The notes beneath the pieces are model-generated. The model had not been told where the DNA came from. It was given only the letters and a program-made list of their open reading frames with translations, and did not search any database. Shown piece by piece: positions 39,996 to 52,833 of a DNA stretch of 64,000 nucleotides. Made by a program: the position numbers and the translations under genes. The DNA lies in the NCBI GenBank assembly GCA_003693705.1, contig RBZT01000278.1, positions 62,001 to 126,000 on the forward strand, read 5' to 3'. Position 1 is the stretch's first letter; every line of letters starts with the position of its first letter. This DNA comes from Polymyxa betae A26-41. Taxonomy: Eukaryota; Protista; Endomyxa: Phytomyxea.

Positions 39996-42900
39996 TTAGA
40001 GCTCCACCCGATCAGAATCGTCGTACTCGTCGATAACTTCGTTGTATGCTGACTGGGCGGCTGATTGTGCCGACTGAATCCAAGCAACAACTCGAAGTGC
40101 GCATGCTCGTAGCACTTCAAATGCTTGATTGGCCTGCTCAGGATAGAACTGATGGAATATAACAGCAGCGACAGCAACCAGTACCGAGAATAACATGAAA
40201 ACTGAGACAAATCTGCCAGATCTGCTCGATTTCTCGTTCTGAGTCTATGACGCCGTTCATAAAACGCAAATGCTGGGAAATTTGCATCATTTACCTGAAC
40301 AGTTTGGAGGAGATCCTCAAGTTCAGAGACTGCATCTGGAAGGGGACCAGATCCAGAGCCAGCATCATTCAAAAATTTATCGATTCTGGCTCGTAATGGA
40401 TCACCTGCCGGAAGCCGTACAGTAGATTCGCGAAGAAGCTCGCAGGCTTCGACCCATTTCTCATCGGAGACGACAGAATGGGCGGAAGCGAGATGCCTGG
40501 ATTCAGGAATCTGCGCATTGGCATTGGAGATCTCCTGTCGAGTCTGATGAACCTGAGTTCGAAGTCGATGAACGGTATTGAATACGCCCGAGATATTGTC
40601 ACTATCCGGTTCAGCAGTGCCTTCGGGAACCCATGAACCGGACCTTCTATCGAACACGAAATCAACTTTTTCAACATGGTTGTCTAGAGGGTCAGATGAT
40701 AGGAGCTTTTTCAATAGCGATTTGGATCGTGGCGGAGATTTAGCGGGAACATTTCTCGAATGACTTTGTGTTGACTGGGAGCGCAGAGGATGTTCAAACG
40801 AAGATGAGGGTTCATCACGAACATTTTGATCCAGATCTAGAAGACCATTTTGTGCTGGTAAAGTCGGTTTCGGTGATGAACTTCGTGATCGGTTAGGGTT
40901 TGGCGATTCCGAGCCAACGGGCAATGCTGAAGACGCTGGAGGTGGAGACATACTAACAGAGCTCCTACCCACGCTTGGAGGGACGGTCGTGCTGCGAGAC
41001 GGAGGAGGAGCATTGAGTACTCGACGCCCAGGAGGAGGGATTGGCCTTCTCGCCACAAGTCCTGATCCTCCAGGCAAAGGGCGGCTGGGGGCGACAGGTC
41101 CAGTCTTGCTTGGCGGTTGAAGATTTGCCTCAGCAGGCTTGACGTCAATGTCTTCACCCATGAGCAACGTTGCCGAGTTATCAACTGCCGATTTCGGGGG
41201 TGGTGTTGCAGTGGGTGCAGGCAATGGTCGAGCAGCAGCCATAGGTGGGCCTAATCTTCCAGGCCGGAAAGGACCAGAAGGCGCTCGTCTGATTGAAGCA
41301 GGAACTGGGCGAGTAGGCGGAGCCAGTCTTGGTGCTGGCCCATTTGAAGTTGCAGAGTTGGGCCGAACTGTTATCGGTGAATTAGGACGATCTGATGAGT
41401 CGGAACGAAGATTTGCGACTTCATTTGACTCTTTGTCAGTATCTGGTACATCGATATTGGATGAATTGGATTCTTGATCGATCGCCATCAATCTTGGAGA
41501 CAAAACGGTTGTATTCTGTCTAGGAGACGGCGGACTGCTGGACCGGCTCGGCGTCGAGCTGGAGGGCGATGGGACAGAATGATTTTGGACTGGGTTCGAA
41601 GGCGACGGAGCGGTGCCGTTTGGCAATGGTAACCGACTCGGACCTGGAGGACCACGGCGGATCGGTTGAGGACGGAAGGGCAAAGGACGTCCAGGAGGCC
41701 CTCGAAGAGGCACTGGGCGTACTGGAGGTCGAACAGGAGCCGAGGTCTAAAGCATAAATTAGACGGTTAATGTAAAACGCATTGTACAGCGTACAGGAAC
41801 ATCAATAACATTCACAGGCGATTGCGTTCGGGATGTCGATTTCTCCACATCGCCATTGGCATCGCTGCTATTAACAGCCTCTTGGTGATGAGAGACATTC
41901 ACAGAAGATATAGAATCCGATGGAGGATCGTCAGATGGAGCAGCGCGTTCTGGATTCGTAGGAGGAGAAGGACGTCTAACAGGAGGTGCCATACGGCGTA
42001 ACGGTACAGGACGCAATGGCGCTCGTATGGGAGGCATCGGCCCAGATGGGCGTCCAGCCTAAGAAAGTCACAACCGTGCTTTACGAAACTTGATAAACTG
42101 ATACCGGAGGGGCAGGTTCTGTATGGACTGTAAGTGGATCAGGAGCAGCACGAAAGGTAGGAGATGGCGTTGCGCTTGAGTGACGACTGAGAGCAGGGCT
42201 GAGTGCTCGCGATGACGAATGTGAATTCGTCACGCGCTCTTTTCCGACACCATTGCTGAGCTCCTCATCGCTGCGAACATGAATCAGGTAAGTTTAGGAT
42301 GGTGATATGATCAAGACATACATTGCAGGCGTAATATTAATAACAGGATTAATAGCTGCAACTCCATCAGACGTTGACCTTTCTAAGGACAATTCACGAG
42401 AGAGAGCACTCGTTGAGGCTCGACTGAGCGCAGGCTCTCCATTGAAAAGAGGCTCAATATTGGAAGTAGCAGTAGTAGAGGCGCGGCTAAGTGCAGGTGA
42501 GGCGTCTCTGGAAGGCTTATTAGAGACATTTATCTCAAGAGGAGCTTTCAGCTGAGAGAGTTCGAGCAGTCGTGATTCGGTTTCTTTGATCTTCAGGTTA
42601 AGCGTCGTATTTTCCATCCGGTATTTCTCTGCTTGATCTCGAATCTCGGCTATATTCAACCTTAATGACGAACTCTCAGCCCGTAAACCTTCGAGTTCAA
42701 TATCCTAGAAAAATGAGTAGAAATCAACACATACTGAAAGAAGATACCTTATTCTTTAACTGTTCTACAATAGCATCCATTTGTTGAGAACGATCAGATT
42801 CGGTGTCTTCCATGGCCTCAAGCAAAGCACAAACTCGGCTGTAATCATTTTGTAGCTTATTCATTTCGCTACGTTGCGATTCTACAATTGGCATGAGATC

Positions 42901-45900
42901 TTCAATGGAACGAGCCTGGACTGCAAAGTGTGAGCGCTCCTCCAAAGACTTCGCCAAAAGCAATTTCACGTCCGTCAATTCATCTAAATCAAATTGAATT
43001 AGAATCTGCACTTAAAGAGAGAGAAAGAGCGGCAAACCTTGCAACGAGCGGAACTCATTTTTATGAGCATTCAGCGACCGAGTGAACAATTCGGAAACCT
43101 GCTTGTGACGTTTATGTTCATGCAATAGCTGCTCTTTAAGAGATCGCCGGTCTTCCTCTGATTGTTCAAACATCTGAAATCGAAGCTAAGAAGCTACATG
43201 ATTGTAAGAGAAATTCCGACATGAAGCAGTCTTGCATTGTCACGAGAGCGCTTATCGTTCTCCGACATCAAATCACTGAATTTGATAGCAAGTTCAGACA
43301 GCTGCTCTTTAAGCTGATCGCATTCTGATGATCGTTCCGAAGCCATCATCTCAAATTCATTTAGCCTCAAGCAGGCGTCTTTTAGTGCAGCATCAAGGTT
43401 AGAAACTTCATCTACAATCAAGGCATAAGGAGACGTTATCAAATTGGAAAATCCATACCTTTAGCCTCATTAAGCCTAGCTTCACTAGCTGAAGCTTTTT
43501 GTAAGCTTGCTTTTAACTTATCCAGAGATTCATCTAAAGACGTTTGAAGGCGATCTAGTTCAGCTTGCGATTGCTCAACCGATCTGGCTAGCTCTTCCTG
43601 CAATTCCTCGATTCTCTCAGCTAGGCGGGAGTTCAACAGCTAAAGAAAAGTCACCTGCTGACAAAACAAACTAAGGCACTGTATACCTCTGAATTCTCGG
43701 ACTCCTTTTTGACAACTTCACGAGCGATTTCTAGGTCTGATCGCAACCCATCGATTGTTACCTTGAGAAGTCCATTATCGCTTTCCGTCGCATCTTGCAA
43801 CGAACGTAATTCAGTTAACTCTGCCTGAAGCTGCTCGAGGGAGTTCTCATGCTGAGAGGCATCGGAATCGCGCAGAATCCGAAGATTAGAAAGCTCATCA
43901 CTAAGGGTAATTATCTGCTCTTCAGAATCGCGAAGTGATTCACGCAAATCATGCAGCTCCTGTTCGAGATCGCTCTTTGTTTTCTCAAGGTTTTGCAGAT
44001 CAGAGAGTCGATGTCTATATTCTTCGTTCGATCTTGATAAACTTTCAATTTCATCGTTGGCAATGAGTAGTTGAGCCCTTAATTCAGCTGCTTCAGATTG
44101 TAAGACCTCTTCTGCCACTTTGCGTTGGGATTCGGATTCATCCAGCCTCTGCTCCAAGTCGGCGTTTGCCAAAACAGCCGACCTATAGTTCTCCTCAGAT
44201 TCTTGCAGAGATGCGATGAGTTCTGATAGGCGTTGCTCAATATCGCGATCTTTAGTCGCAGCCAGCTCTATCCTTTTTTCTGACACTTCAAGCTCTTCTT
44301 TAAGCGAAGAAAGTTGGACTTTCAGAATTTGCTCCCTTTCCAGGATTTCTGCGATTTCAGACTGGGAAGACGCCTGGTTGCTTAGCAGCTGCGAGTTCTG
44401 TCCTTGGACTTCTTCATATGAGCTACGCAGAGCATCTAGTTCGAACACCAGGCGCTCGTTGTCTTCGCGTATCGACTCGCTCGATTCCAACATCGATTCG
44501 AGTCTAGCACGAGTCTCCTGAACAGATTGTAGCTCATTGTAAAGATCCTTTTGAGCGGATAACGAGTCTTCATATTGTTTCTGAGTACTCTGCTGCGCCT
44601 CCTGCAATGATTCCAACTGCGATTGAATATGATTGATCTTAGAATCCTTCAATTCACAAACATTCGACATCTGCGCTTCAATCTCTTCAACCTCGCGACA
44701 TTTCGCCTGATATTGATCGTCGAAATTACGCAGAGACTGTTCCATATGTTGCATGCGACCTTTTTCACGATTTAAAATAGCTATTTGCCCTTCAAGCTGC
44801 TGAGAAGAAGCTTGAGCCTTATCCAACAGTGACTGAATATCAGACACTTTCTCGGTGAGCTCTAAGTTTTGACCTTCCAGATGCTTATTTGTCAACCGGA
44901 GATGTTCCAGTTCAGATACAGATTCTTGATTGCTGTCCCTTAACACCATAACTTCTTGCCTGGCTTCTGCAAGTTGGCCTTGCAGATCGAGATACTCGTC
45001 TTTCAGAGACAAAAACTCATCATTGAGTTTCAAGAAATCTTGGCTTCTGTCGAGTTCAGAGATACGCTGCTGGAACTCCTTGTTCGAAAATTCAAGTTCC
45101 GAACATTTATCTTCGTAGTACTTCTGTGCCTCCAGCGCGCGAGAAAGTTCGTCGTTGGCTTGTTTGAGAGATTCAGAGGTTGATGACAGGTTATAGGACA
45201 GGTCCTCTATTTGCTGATTGTAGTATTCCTCAGTTTGTTTCGACAAGCCTTGAGCAGAGCTAAGCAAAGACTCGTTGGCATCGTTTTGTTGTTGGAGGTG
45301 CTCGAGTTGAGTTGTAAGAAGTGAAACTTGAGATTCAGCGGTAGAGAGACTCGATTTGCATGCAGCGTGTTCATTTTGTTCCACTTCGAGCTAAACACAA
45401 TTAGTACTTTGAAGTTCATAAAATACGCTAACTTACAAGAGTAGATAACTCCTTTTCTTGGTTCTGAAGTTGAGTCGAGAAATCTGCTAAGGAATTGAAA
45501 TTCTGTTCAAGTTCTTTCCTGAGCGAGATTTCATGCCTAATTCGCTAACCACAATGCTCAAAATACAGTTATTTGAAAAGTAACCGACTAACTTTGTCAA
45601 ATTCAGACTGCTTTTGATTAGCTTCAGCAGCCATATTGGAAATCCTGTCCTCTAGTACGGAAATGGTTTTCTGAAACGACGCAATCGTTTGGGACTCCGA
45701 TGCAGGAGACTTCGAGCGCTCGGGACGGATGGCGGCAGTTTTTCGTAGGCGCGCCTGCTCTTCGGCGATTTGACGCTCAGCATCGAGAACCTGCCGTTCT
45801 TTTTCAGCAGACCTGTTTAAGTTTAATTACCAAACAATAAAACGCGGTTATGTCACCTCTTTTCCGCCTTCTGGATCAAGGCTTCAGCTTCTGCCATTCG

Positions 45901-46049
45901 AGGTGATTTCGGAGACGAAAGCGCTTTGAGACATGATCAGATTGTCATAAAAGAATGTAATGATATCGTACCAATGGAGCCATTTGCATTTCGATTATTT
46001 GTTGAGCCTTCTCCGCTCGAGCTCGAATTACTGAAAAGAATTGGTCCAT
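39996..46049 (-). CDS. Very long coiled-coil protein with Pro-rich region and C-terminal transmembrane anchor
   Basis: Colinear E/Q/L/S-rich heptad ORFs (42294-45900), Pro/Arg-rich ORFs (about 40300-42040), and a last exon FVSVFMLFSVLVAVAAVIF...DRVEL*. Could be two genes. Confidence 0.65.
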
Positions 46050-46685
46050 ATATTCAAACAGATTGCGAATGAAACAATCCAACCTAGACTTTCTAAGAAC
46101 ATTCAGTAAGGAAACCCCCTGGCCGCTTTTTGATTGTAAATCCTCAGTCTGTACAAATAGTAAGTCCGAATCGGCAATCAAATATAAAACAGCGAAACCT
46201 GAAGTTTGCAAACAGGACATGAAGGTCGGGAATTTCCAGAATTGTGACAATATTCAGCATAACCTTGAATGCATTTGGAATGTACACGAGCTGCGGGAGA
46301 TCAGCTGCCACATTTCCTACGTAGATGAGCATTTTACCTTGACAACACGGACGCCGACCGGATTCGGAACTGGAGAGAAGTTTTCCGCAAATTGCACATA
46401 AGCTCATGATCAGGACCGAGCTAGTCGAGGTCGGCCAGACGGCAGAACCGTCCCAATAGCAGCTGGCTTTTGAATGCCAATATTCAATTGAAACGTTTGA
46501 TATGAAACTCTGAAACTTTCCTTTTTTTCCCTTTGCGTGACAAGCAGGCGCAGCCCGTTCGTTAAATAATCTCCATCTGATTAGTCGACGTATCAAAATT
46601 TCACACTAAACATCGACGAGATGAAGCTGAATTAACAATGCTTATATTTAGGTAGTTATTATCAGACCAACGAAGCAATAATTGG

Positions 46686-49600
46686 TCAAATTTCACTAAG
46701 CGGCTGTCCAGGTTCATCGTCACTGCCCTCCAAATCGATATCGCTAGAATCGCCGCCCTCATTGTCGTTTTCGTCATCCGCTTCTTCATCTTCGTCGCCC
46801 TCTTCTCCAGAAGATTCAGATTCAACATCCATAGGAGCGTCTTCGTAATCAGAAACAGGAGCAGGAGCCCTGGAGAAGCTTAACATCAAATCTTTTGCAA
46901 ATTCTAAAATGCTTACGAGAATGCTGATGACTGAACACTAGTGTCAGGCTGGAATGGAGTAATAGGTTGAACAACAGCTAGTTCACATTTAAAACCGGAG
47001 ACGCCTTAAGCAGAGAATCCCCAACCTGGTTGACTTGCCGATTTTTCGTTTTCAACCTTCCCGCTACGAGCAGCAGCAGATGGGTCTTCCATTAAAAGCG
47101 ACATGACAAGCGGATGATTCAAACCAAACTTCTCGACTCCATTGATGGTAGATCGTTTTCGCGTTGTGCTTCTTCGCGTATCCAGCCTATATCACGTTAA
47201 TTGATTTCACAATCTATAACCAATTTGATACCTGGTTTCGATCTGTTTCCACACATGTGTCGGTTTGTCGGCTATTATTGGCTCATCGGGAAGATCAGCG
47301 CAGGTGACTTTAAATCTAACGCGCCCATCTTCTTGCAATACCTCACAAAGATATTTACATCTCCGACTGGGATCAGAAAGCGATGGGTAATCACGTTCTG
47401 AGGAAAATTAAGACGAGGCACTGAAACCAAAGAATCTAACTAAAACCTGATTGAAACCCGACAGGGAACACATGTTTTCCATCTCGGAAATCTCTTCCTG
47501 GAGGGACAGTTCCTAGAGATGATTGTCAGATCAGGAAGTGCCTGGAATAATTATTTTACCCAGATTTAAAATTCGCAATGAGGACGTCACTTGAATGGGC
47601 ATATTCGGGGAGCCATCAGGACCAAACGTCGGTTGGCTAGCGATTTCGCCTCCTGAGAACGCAGAAATCAATACAACCTAATGATCATCATGCAGCCAAT
47701 TACTTTGGTTGGGATTTCTTGGAACATATCTTGACTTTTGGGAAGAGACATCAAATTCTAACCCATGCCGAGAGATTAATTGCTGCATAGGATCAGATCT
47801 TGTGAATAATAATGGGAGTAAATGAGACATCAGTTACCTGTGCACGCTTCACAAGAATCTTCGATTCCGAAGGTATAGATAAACCAGATGAAGCGAAAGG
47901 GAGGTCAGCATCTGCCCAAACAAGATTCCAACTGGCAATGCCATATTTAACAACAGCCTGGAGAAGAGCATAGTCCATAACCGGGGTCCAGTGGGGAGCC
48001 CATTCATTGAATGGTGGCTCCAGCGGAGGAGAGTTTTCACATAAAGTTTCTTTATGCTGCTCTACCAGTGCTCGCAATGATTGGAATCTGATTAAAGAAA
48101 TTCAGAACAGAAGAATACCAGTCAGAAAACAAATTACAAATCTATTCTTTCCCTGATTTTAACAGCGACACCGAACGAGAAGAGTAATGCTTCATCAGTA
48201 ATTGGGGATGAATCTGAATATCCGTCATCTGGAGACTCTCTGTTCACCTGTGCCAGCAATCGCTCAAAACCCATTGCTTCAAATAAACAAGACACATACA
48301 ACAATACGATCGACAGCCTCCAAAAATTTCTGGTAGTACTGATCCAAGTCGTTATCCGTTTTTGATGAGAGCATGGGCTGAGTGGTTCGCAGAAGCTGCC
48401 ACAAGTCAGGTCGACCTTGTGCAATGATGCCACGTTGAAACGCGGCTTGGTCCTTGCGAGTCCAGCCTAATGTGTTCTCTGTTTTAGCACCGATCTTCTT
48501 TACAGAAGCCTTCTTAGGGACAGTTTTCAACTGCATCAAACTAAGTGTAAACATAAAATCACAACCACCAAAAGAAGTTACCCTTTTGGCGTCTTCGTTG
48601 TTCAGCTCAGGGACTTCTCTTCGCTTCTTGCCACCTTTTTGGGAGCTATGCTTGCCGCGCTTTACTTTGAGTAATTCCAGTATTCGCTTCAATCTTCCAA
48701 TTAATGCCAAGTGCTGAGGCCACTCAGGAAGGGAAGACTGCTGATCAGATTCGCTCTGCTGGGTAGCGTTTTCGTGAGTAGGTAACGTAGGTTGAGTTGT
48801 TTCTGGGATCGTCTGCGAAACTGCGTCTTCATCGTCGTCAAGGTCGCCTTTGGGAGCATCTGTATAGATGGTGAACAAAAATGTCGAACATAAAATTTAT
48901 CATACCTAGCCTGGCAGCCCACTTTCCTTTGAAGCACAGCGACTCGTCATTCAAAATTGCATTGAACTCGCCGAATCCATGACGGTATATTCCGATGCAT
49001 AGATCCAGATCCTCCTGGGTATCCCAATGCGGACCCAGCGATCTTCCTGAGTGCGATTTGGGCTTCTGTGTGAAAAAAATTGAAGCGGATTACCTTTTAT
49101 TGAACCTATGCCGTCCAGAAGACGCGACTCGCCAAACAATTCAATACAAGCTTTCAGCTCCTATACGGAAAATAAGGAGCTAACAACCGAAACTATTTGT
49201 GAGGTACGTATAAGAGTATCAACCGAGTGCTCCATTTCTTTACATTCTTTTGCAAAGACGACCAGCCTGCCGATATCGAATGAATAAAGCAAATACTATG
49301 TCAAAGTGCAAATACCTGAAAGAGATGGTTCTGGTACATCGGGACTGCAAAGCTCAATCGGAGATGAGTTCAAGATTTCAATCAGACCGGTCTTAAGAGC
49401 GGAATCATCACAGTTCTCAACGAGTTGCTGAACTAGCTGAGATGTGTAAATCTGTAAATTAGCTAGAGTGTAATCACGGTCATCAAGTGCCTCAGATAGA
49501 ACATCCCATCGACCATAACTGAAAGCTCATTAATGACGCCCATCCTTAAAGATGCACAGAAGGGCATACCCATATCGCATTAATGCACATCGAACTTTTT

Positions 49601-50147
49601 CTCGAGACGTTCGGCTCCATTTTTTTCCAGCCGTTGATGTCATCTGAGTAATACGTATTCCCTGGGGTCCGTTTTTGGACAATTCACTCCCTTCGTCGTC
49701 TTCACTTGCGCTGGTTGATGTCGCGACATTTTTCGGCAGCAAAAAGTATATTAATCTAGGCCCTATCTGCATGATAATAAATAAGAATCGTTGAAGTCTA
49801 AATAGAATCCGACTTGAATGAGGGTTCTACTTCTTAGTTGAGCAGGAGGATTTGATGGGCCGACAAATTCGCCATCAACAAAAACGCCGTTCTTTGACAT
49901 GCAAGACAGTTCAAACGCCTGCTTGGGCCGATTAAATTGTATACGGGCGTGGCATCTCGAACTATAATCGACTTAAATTCGCCCGATAACATTGCGATAT
50001 AAAAACGAACATGTTCTTATGCTCGCCCAGAACGATGTCAGCAGATCCGGCATGACGACCGAGCGTGACGTTGTCAGTCGTCATATAATACACAAAATTG
50101 TTGTCGCCGAGCAGCTTGGCGAAGGCGACGACCTCATTCGATGTCAT
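46686..50147 (-). CDS. FHA domain + CHD6-9-like helical region + FYRN/FYRC + acidic tail
   Basis: FHA: AFAKL...VTLGR...NISRCHARI...SKNGVFVDG. CHD-like: EWPQHLALIGRL, GWTRKDQAAFQR, SKTDNDLDQYY, DYALLQAVVKYG. FYR: HVFPVGFQSERDYPSLSDPSRRCKYLCEV...PTHVWKQI...GVEKFGL. Confidence 0.72.
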
Positions 50148-50208
50148 GATTGTGACAAATCTGTGTAGGAATTCGGAGGCGGGACTGGGCCAGAAGCTGG
50201 AGGTAGCG

Positions 50209-50409
50209 TATATAAGGAGTGGCCTTTGCTGCGGTGCTTGCGTCCTGCCACTCTGCGAGAATCCATCTGGATCGGATCGGCGCATGTTAGGTGTTCGGAT
50301 GAACCGCTTCCTATGCCTGTTTCTTGTAGCGCTCAATCCGCCCTGCAGAATGCTCTACCGTTGAGCAGCAGTTGAGTGTCACGAGCCCTGCAATGAGCGT
50401 TGGTTTTTT
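50209..50409 (+). ncRNA. Candidate structured ncRNA gene (TATA box, hairpins, T-run)
   Basis: TATATAA at 50209-50215, a GC-rich block with several stems, and a T6 run at about 50404-50409. No known family recognised. Confidence 0.3.
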
Positions 50410-50704
50410 ATCGAACTTCACATTGTCATGTATTGACTCTGGAGGTTCAACTTCCCTGCCGCTTTTGAAACTCTTATTTGACCGTGGTTAAGCTGCTCCT
50501 TCAGAAAAACAAACGGTGGGCATGTACTACCTACAGCATTGTTAATCGGTGCAGTAGTTCTAAACAGTCCAATTTTGTTTAGATGATGCCAGCTTCGAAT
50601 GTCCAACATTCAAAAAAACTGTCGGCGATGACAATTTTGTTATACGTGTATCTTCCTCAGCATAAAAGAATGACTATGTAAACTATACAGAGCTATCTGT
50701 TTAA

Positions 50705-52636
50705 ATGCAAAAACTCACGAATCCGTGCCCGACAGCACCTGTTGCGGATGAGAATGCAATGTTAATTAAACCTTCGTTTCGAATTTATATCACACACGTC
50801 GACTTGATTCCAGCAGATCTGCAACTAAAGAATGTGATTGTGGAGTCAATTCTGATTGTTATAGAACCCCCGACATATGGCAGACTCAATAGAGGATCTT
50901 GCATTCTGCAATTAAAATCTTTATTTAATTGATGTGAAAATCGTTAGAATTCAATGCTCTGATTATTGTACTTGAAATGAGATTTAGGATTTAACACAGC
51001 TTCTCGAGCTGAATTCTTCCCATATTCGACATTTTCGACATTGATGGTAGCTGTTATTTATGAAACATAATCATTAGTCTGGCTGTCGATGTTGACCCCA
51101 AGACACGAAGCTAAGTAAAGCCTTAAGTAGATGCTTTCTGCATTCCCAGTTTAACAAAAGCAGCTTCAAATAATAACGCAAGAGCAGGGAGTTCAACCTT
51201 GTTTTCGACTTGAAAGTGAAACTGGAGATGTCGCTGTTACAGAAATAATTCTATTTTGATTGATAGCATCATTTCAAATGTCTCGTTAGATTTAGATAGA
51301 TATATATGCCCATTCTTCGGGACCAAATTGCGTCTTCCATGCGATTTCGTTGCCAGCTGAGTTGTTTGATGGATAAATGGATCCCATATTAGACCTGTTT
51401 GGAATGTTTCGTTCTTGTCAAATTTGCTGAAGCCAGTTGTCGTATGATTCCTTTTAGTTACAGATGAAACCTCAGATTGCCCACCGATTATTACTGCACG
51501 ATACCTAATCTGGAACGAATAGTTTCATTGGACGATGTTAGGTTGATAGTCAGTTAGTGCAAAGCCAAAACCCTGATATTATTGCCTGTTGCACTTGAGC
51601 ATTCATGACTTGTACCTATTATATGCAGTACAGTTATGTTACCATAGGGACCTCACGGGTCGATTCTCTTACTACCTACAACACACTTCTCATTCGTCTT
51701 ATCTTCATCATGATATGCCCATCGATACTTTTCCCAACACAGCCAAGAATATCCAGACCTGTCGACGTCCAGCATACGACCCATGTATCCTACGACCCAA
51801 TTACCAGAGAGTATCGGGGCCTGCCTGGGCAATGGCGAGCCGAACTCAATCGGCAATTTGGGTTTGACCCCAGAACTGGTACCTTACCTTTAGACGTCGC
51901 TTTCAAACTCAAGAGTGATAGTTGAAACGGAAATGTTGCCGGAATATGGAGCCGGTATTCCAACGGTTCTGTTAAAAATGAAAAGGTTCTTGTTGGACAA
52001 TAATGCATTACAGACCGAAGGTATGCCTTTAACATAATTGTAACTGATGTACAATTTACCAGAAGATAGGGATATTCAGATTAGCCCCTGGACCGTCAGT
52101 ATGTGATCAAGCGAAAGAAGTACTTGATTCTGGAAGCATTATAGGAATAGATGTTGACGTGGTGGTGATAGCTAACTTGATTAAAATTTATTTTAGAGAA
52201 TTACCAAGTCGTATTTTACATTTTGGTTTGAGAGAAGACGTATGTATTGTCGTTATTCAGTTTTGATACAATAGTTTCTAAATGTCCCATCTTAGATTTC
52301 GCGATGCCAAAATATTGCTGATTACAATGCTGTTGTCGATTCTCTATCTGAGCCTTCCAGATCCTTATTGATGTGGCTGGTTGATTTGGCTGCACTATTT
52401 GCTCTTTTTCAGGATGACAACAAGTGAGGTTTTGAAATGAAAGCCTCGATCCTGCTTCTCACAGCTGCTCTTGCAGAATGTCACCGAGAAATTTCAGCAT
52501 TGTCTTAGCACCGAATCTTTTTTCTAACCCAGACGACTTGGACTCCATGTCCTCGTTGTACTTTTCTCAGAAAGTGGCCACATTCTTGGAGCAGCTGATA
52601 GAAGATCGCGCTCATCGAATGCGGAGAATAGCATGA
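50705..52636 (+). CDS. CRIB + RhoGAP protein (RopGAP/GacA-like); 5' exons uncertain
   Basis: CRIB ISRPVDVQHTTHVSYD...GLPGQW; RhoGAP IPTVLLKMK, GIFRLAP (arginine finger), ANLIKIYFRELP, MSPRNFSIVLAPNL; TGA at 52634-52636. Confidence 0.85.
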
Positions 52637-52833
52637 GTATCTCTGCACATTTGGCTCCGAACGTATAGCATCCATTGCTATGGTCTGCCTTCCGTTAGGC
52701 TTCGCTGCTGCACCAAACCATATATTTACAGCTGTGTTATTTAACTAAACTTTTTATTGAGCTCAACAGTCATTTTCAATTCATCTGTTGACTGAAAGTG
52801 AGCCAGGCCTAAACTGTCGATTTCTCTGACTTT

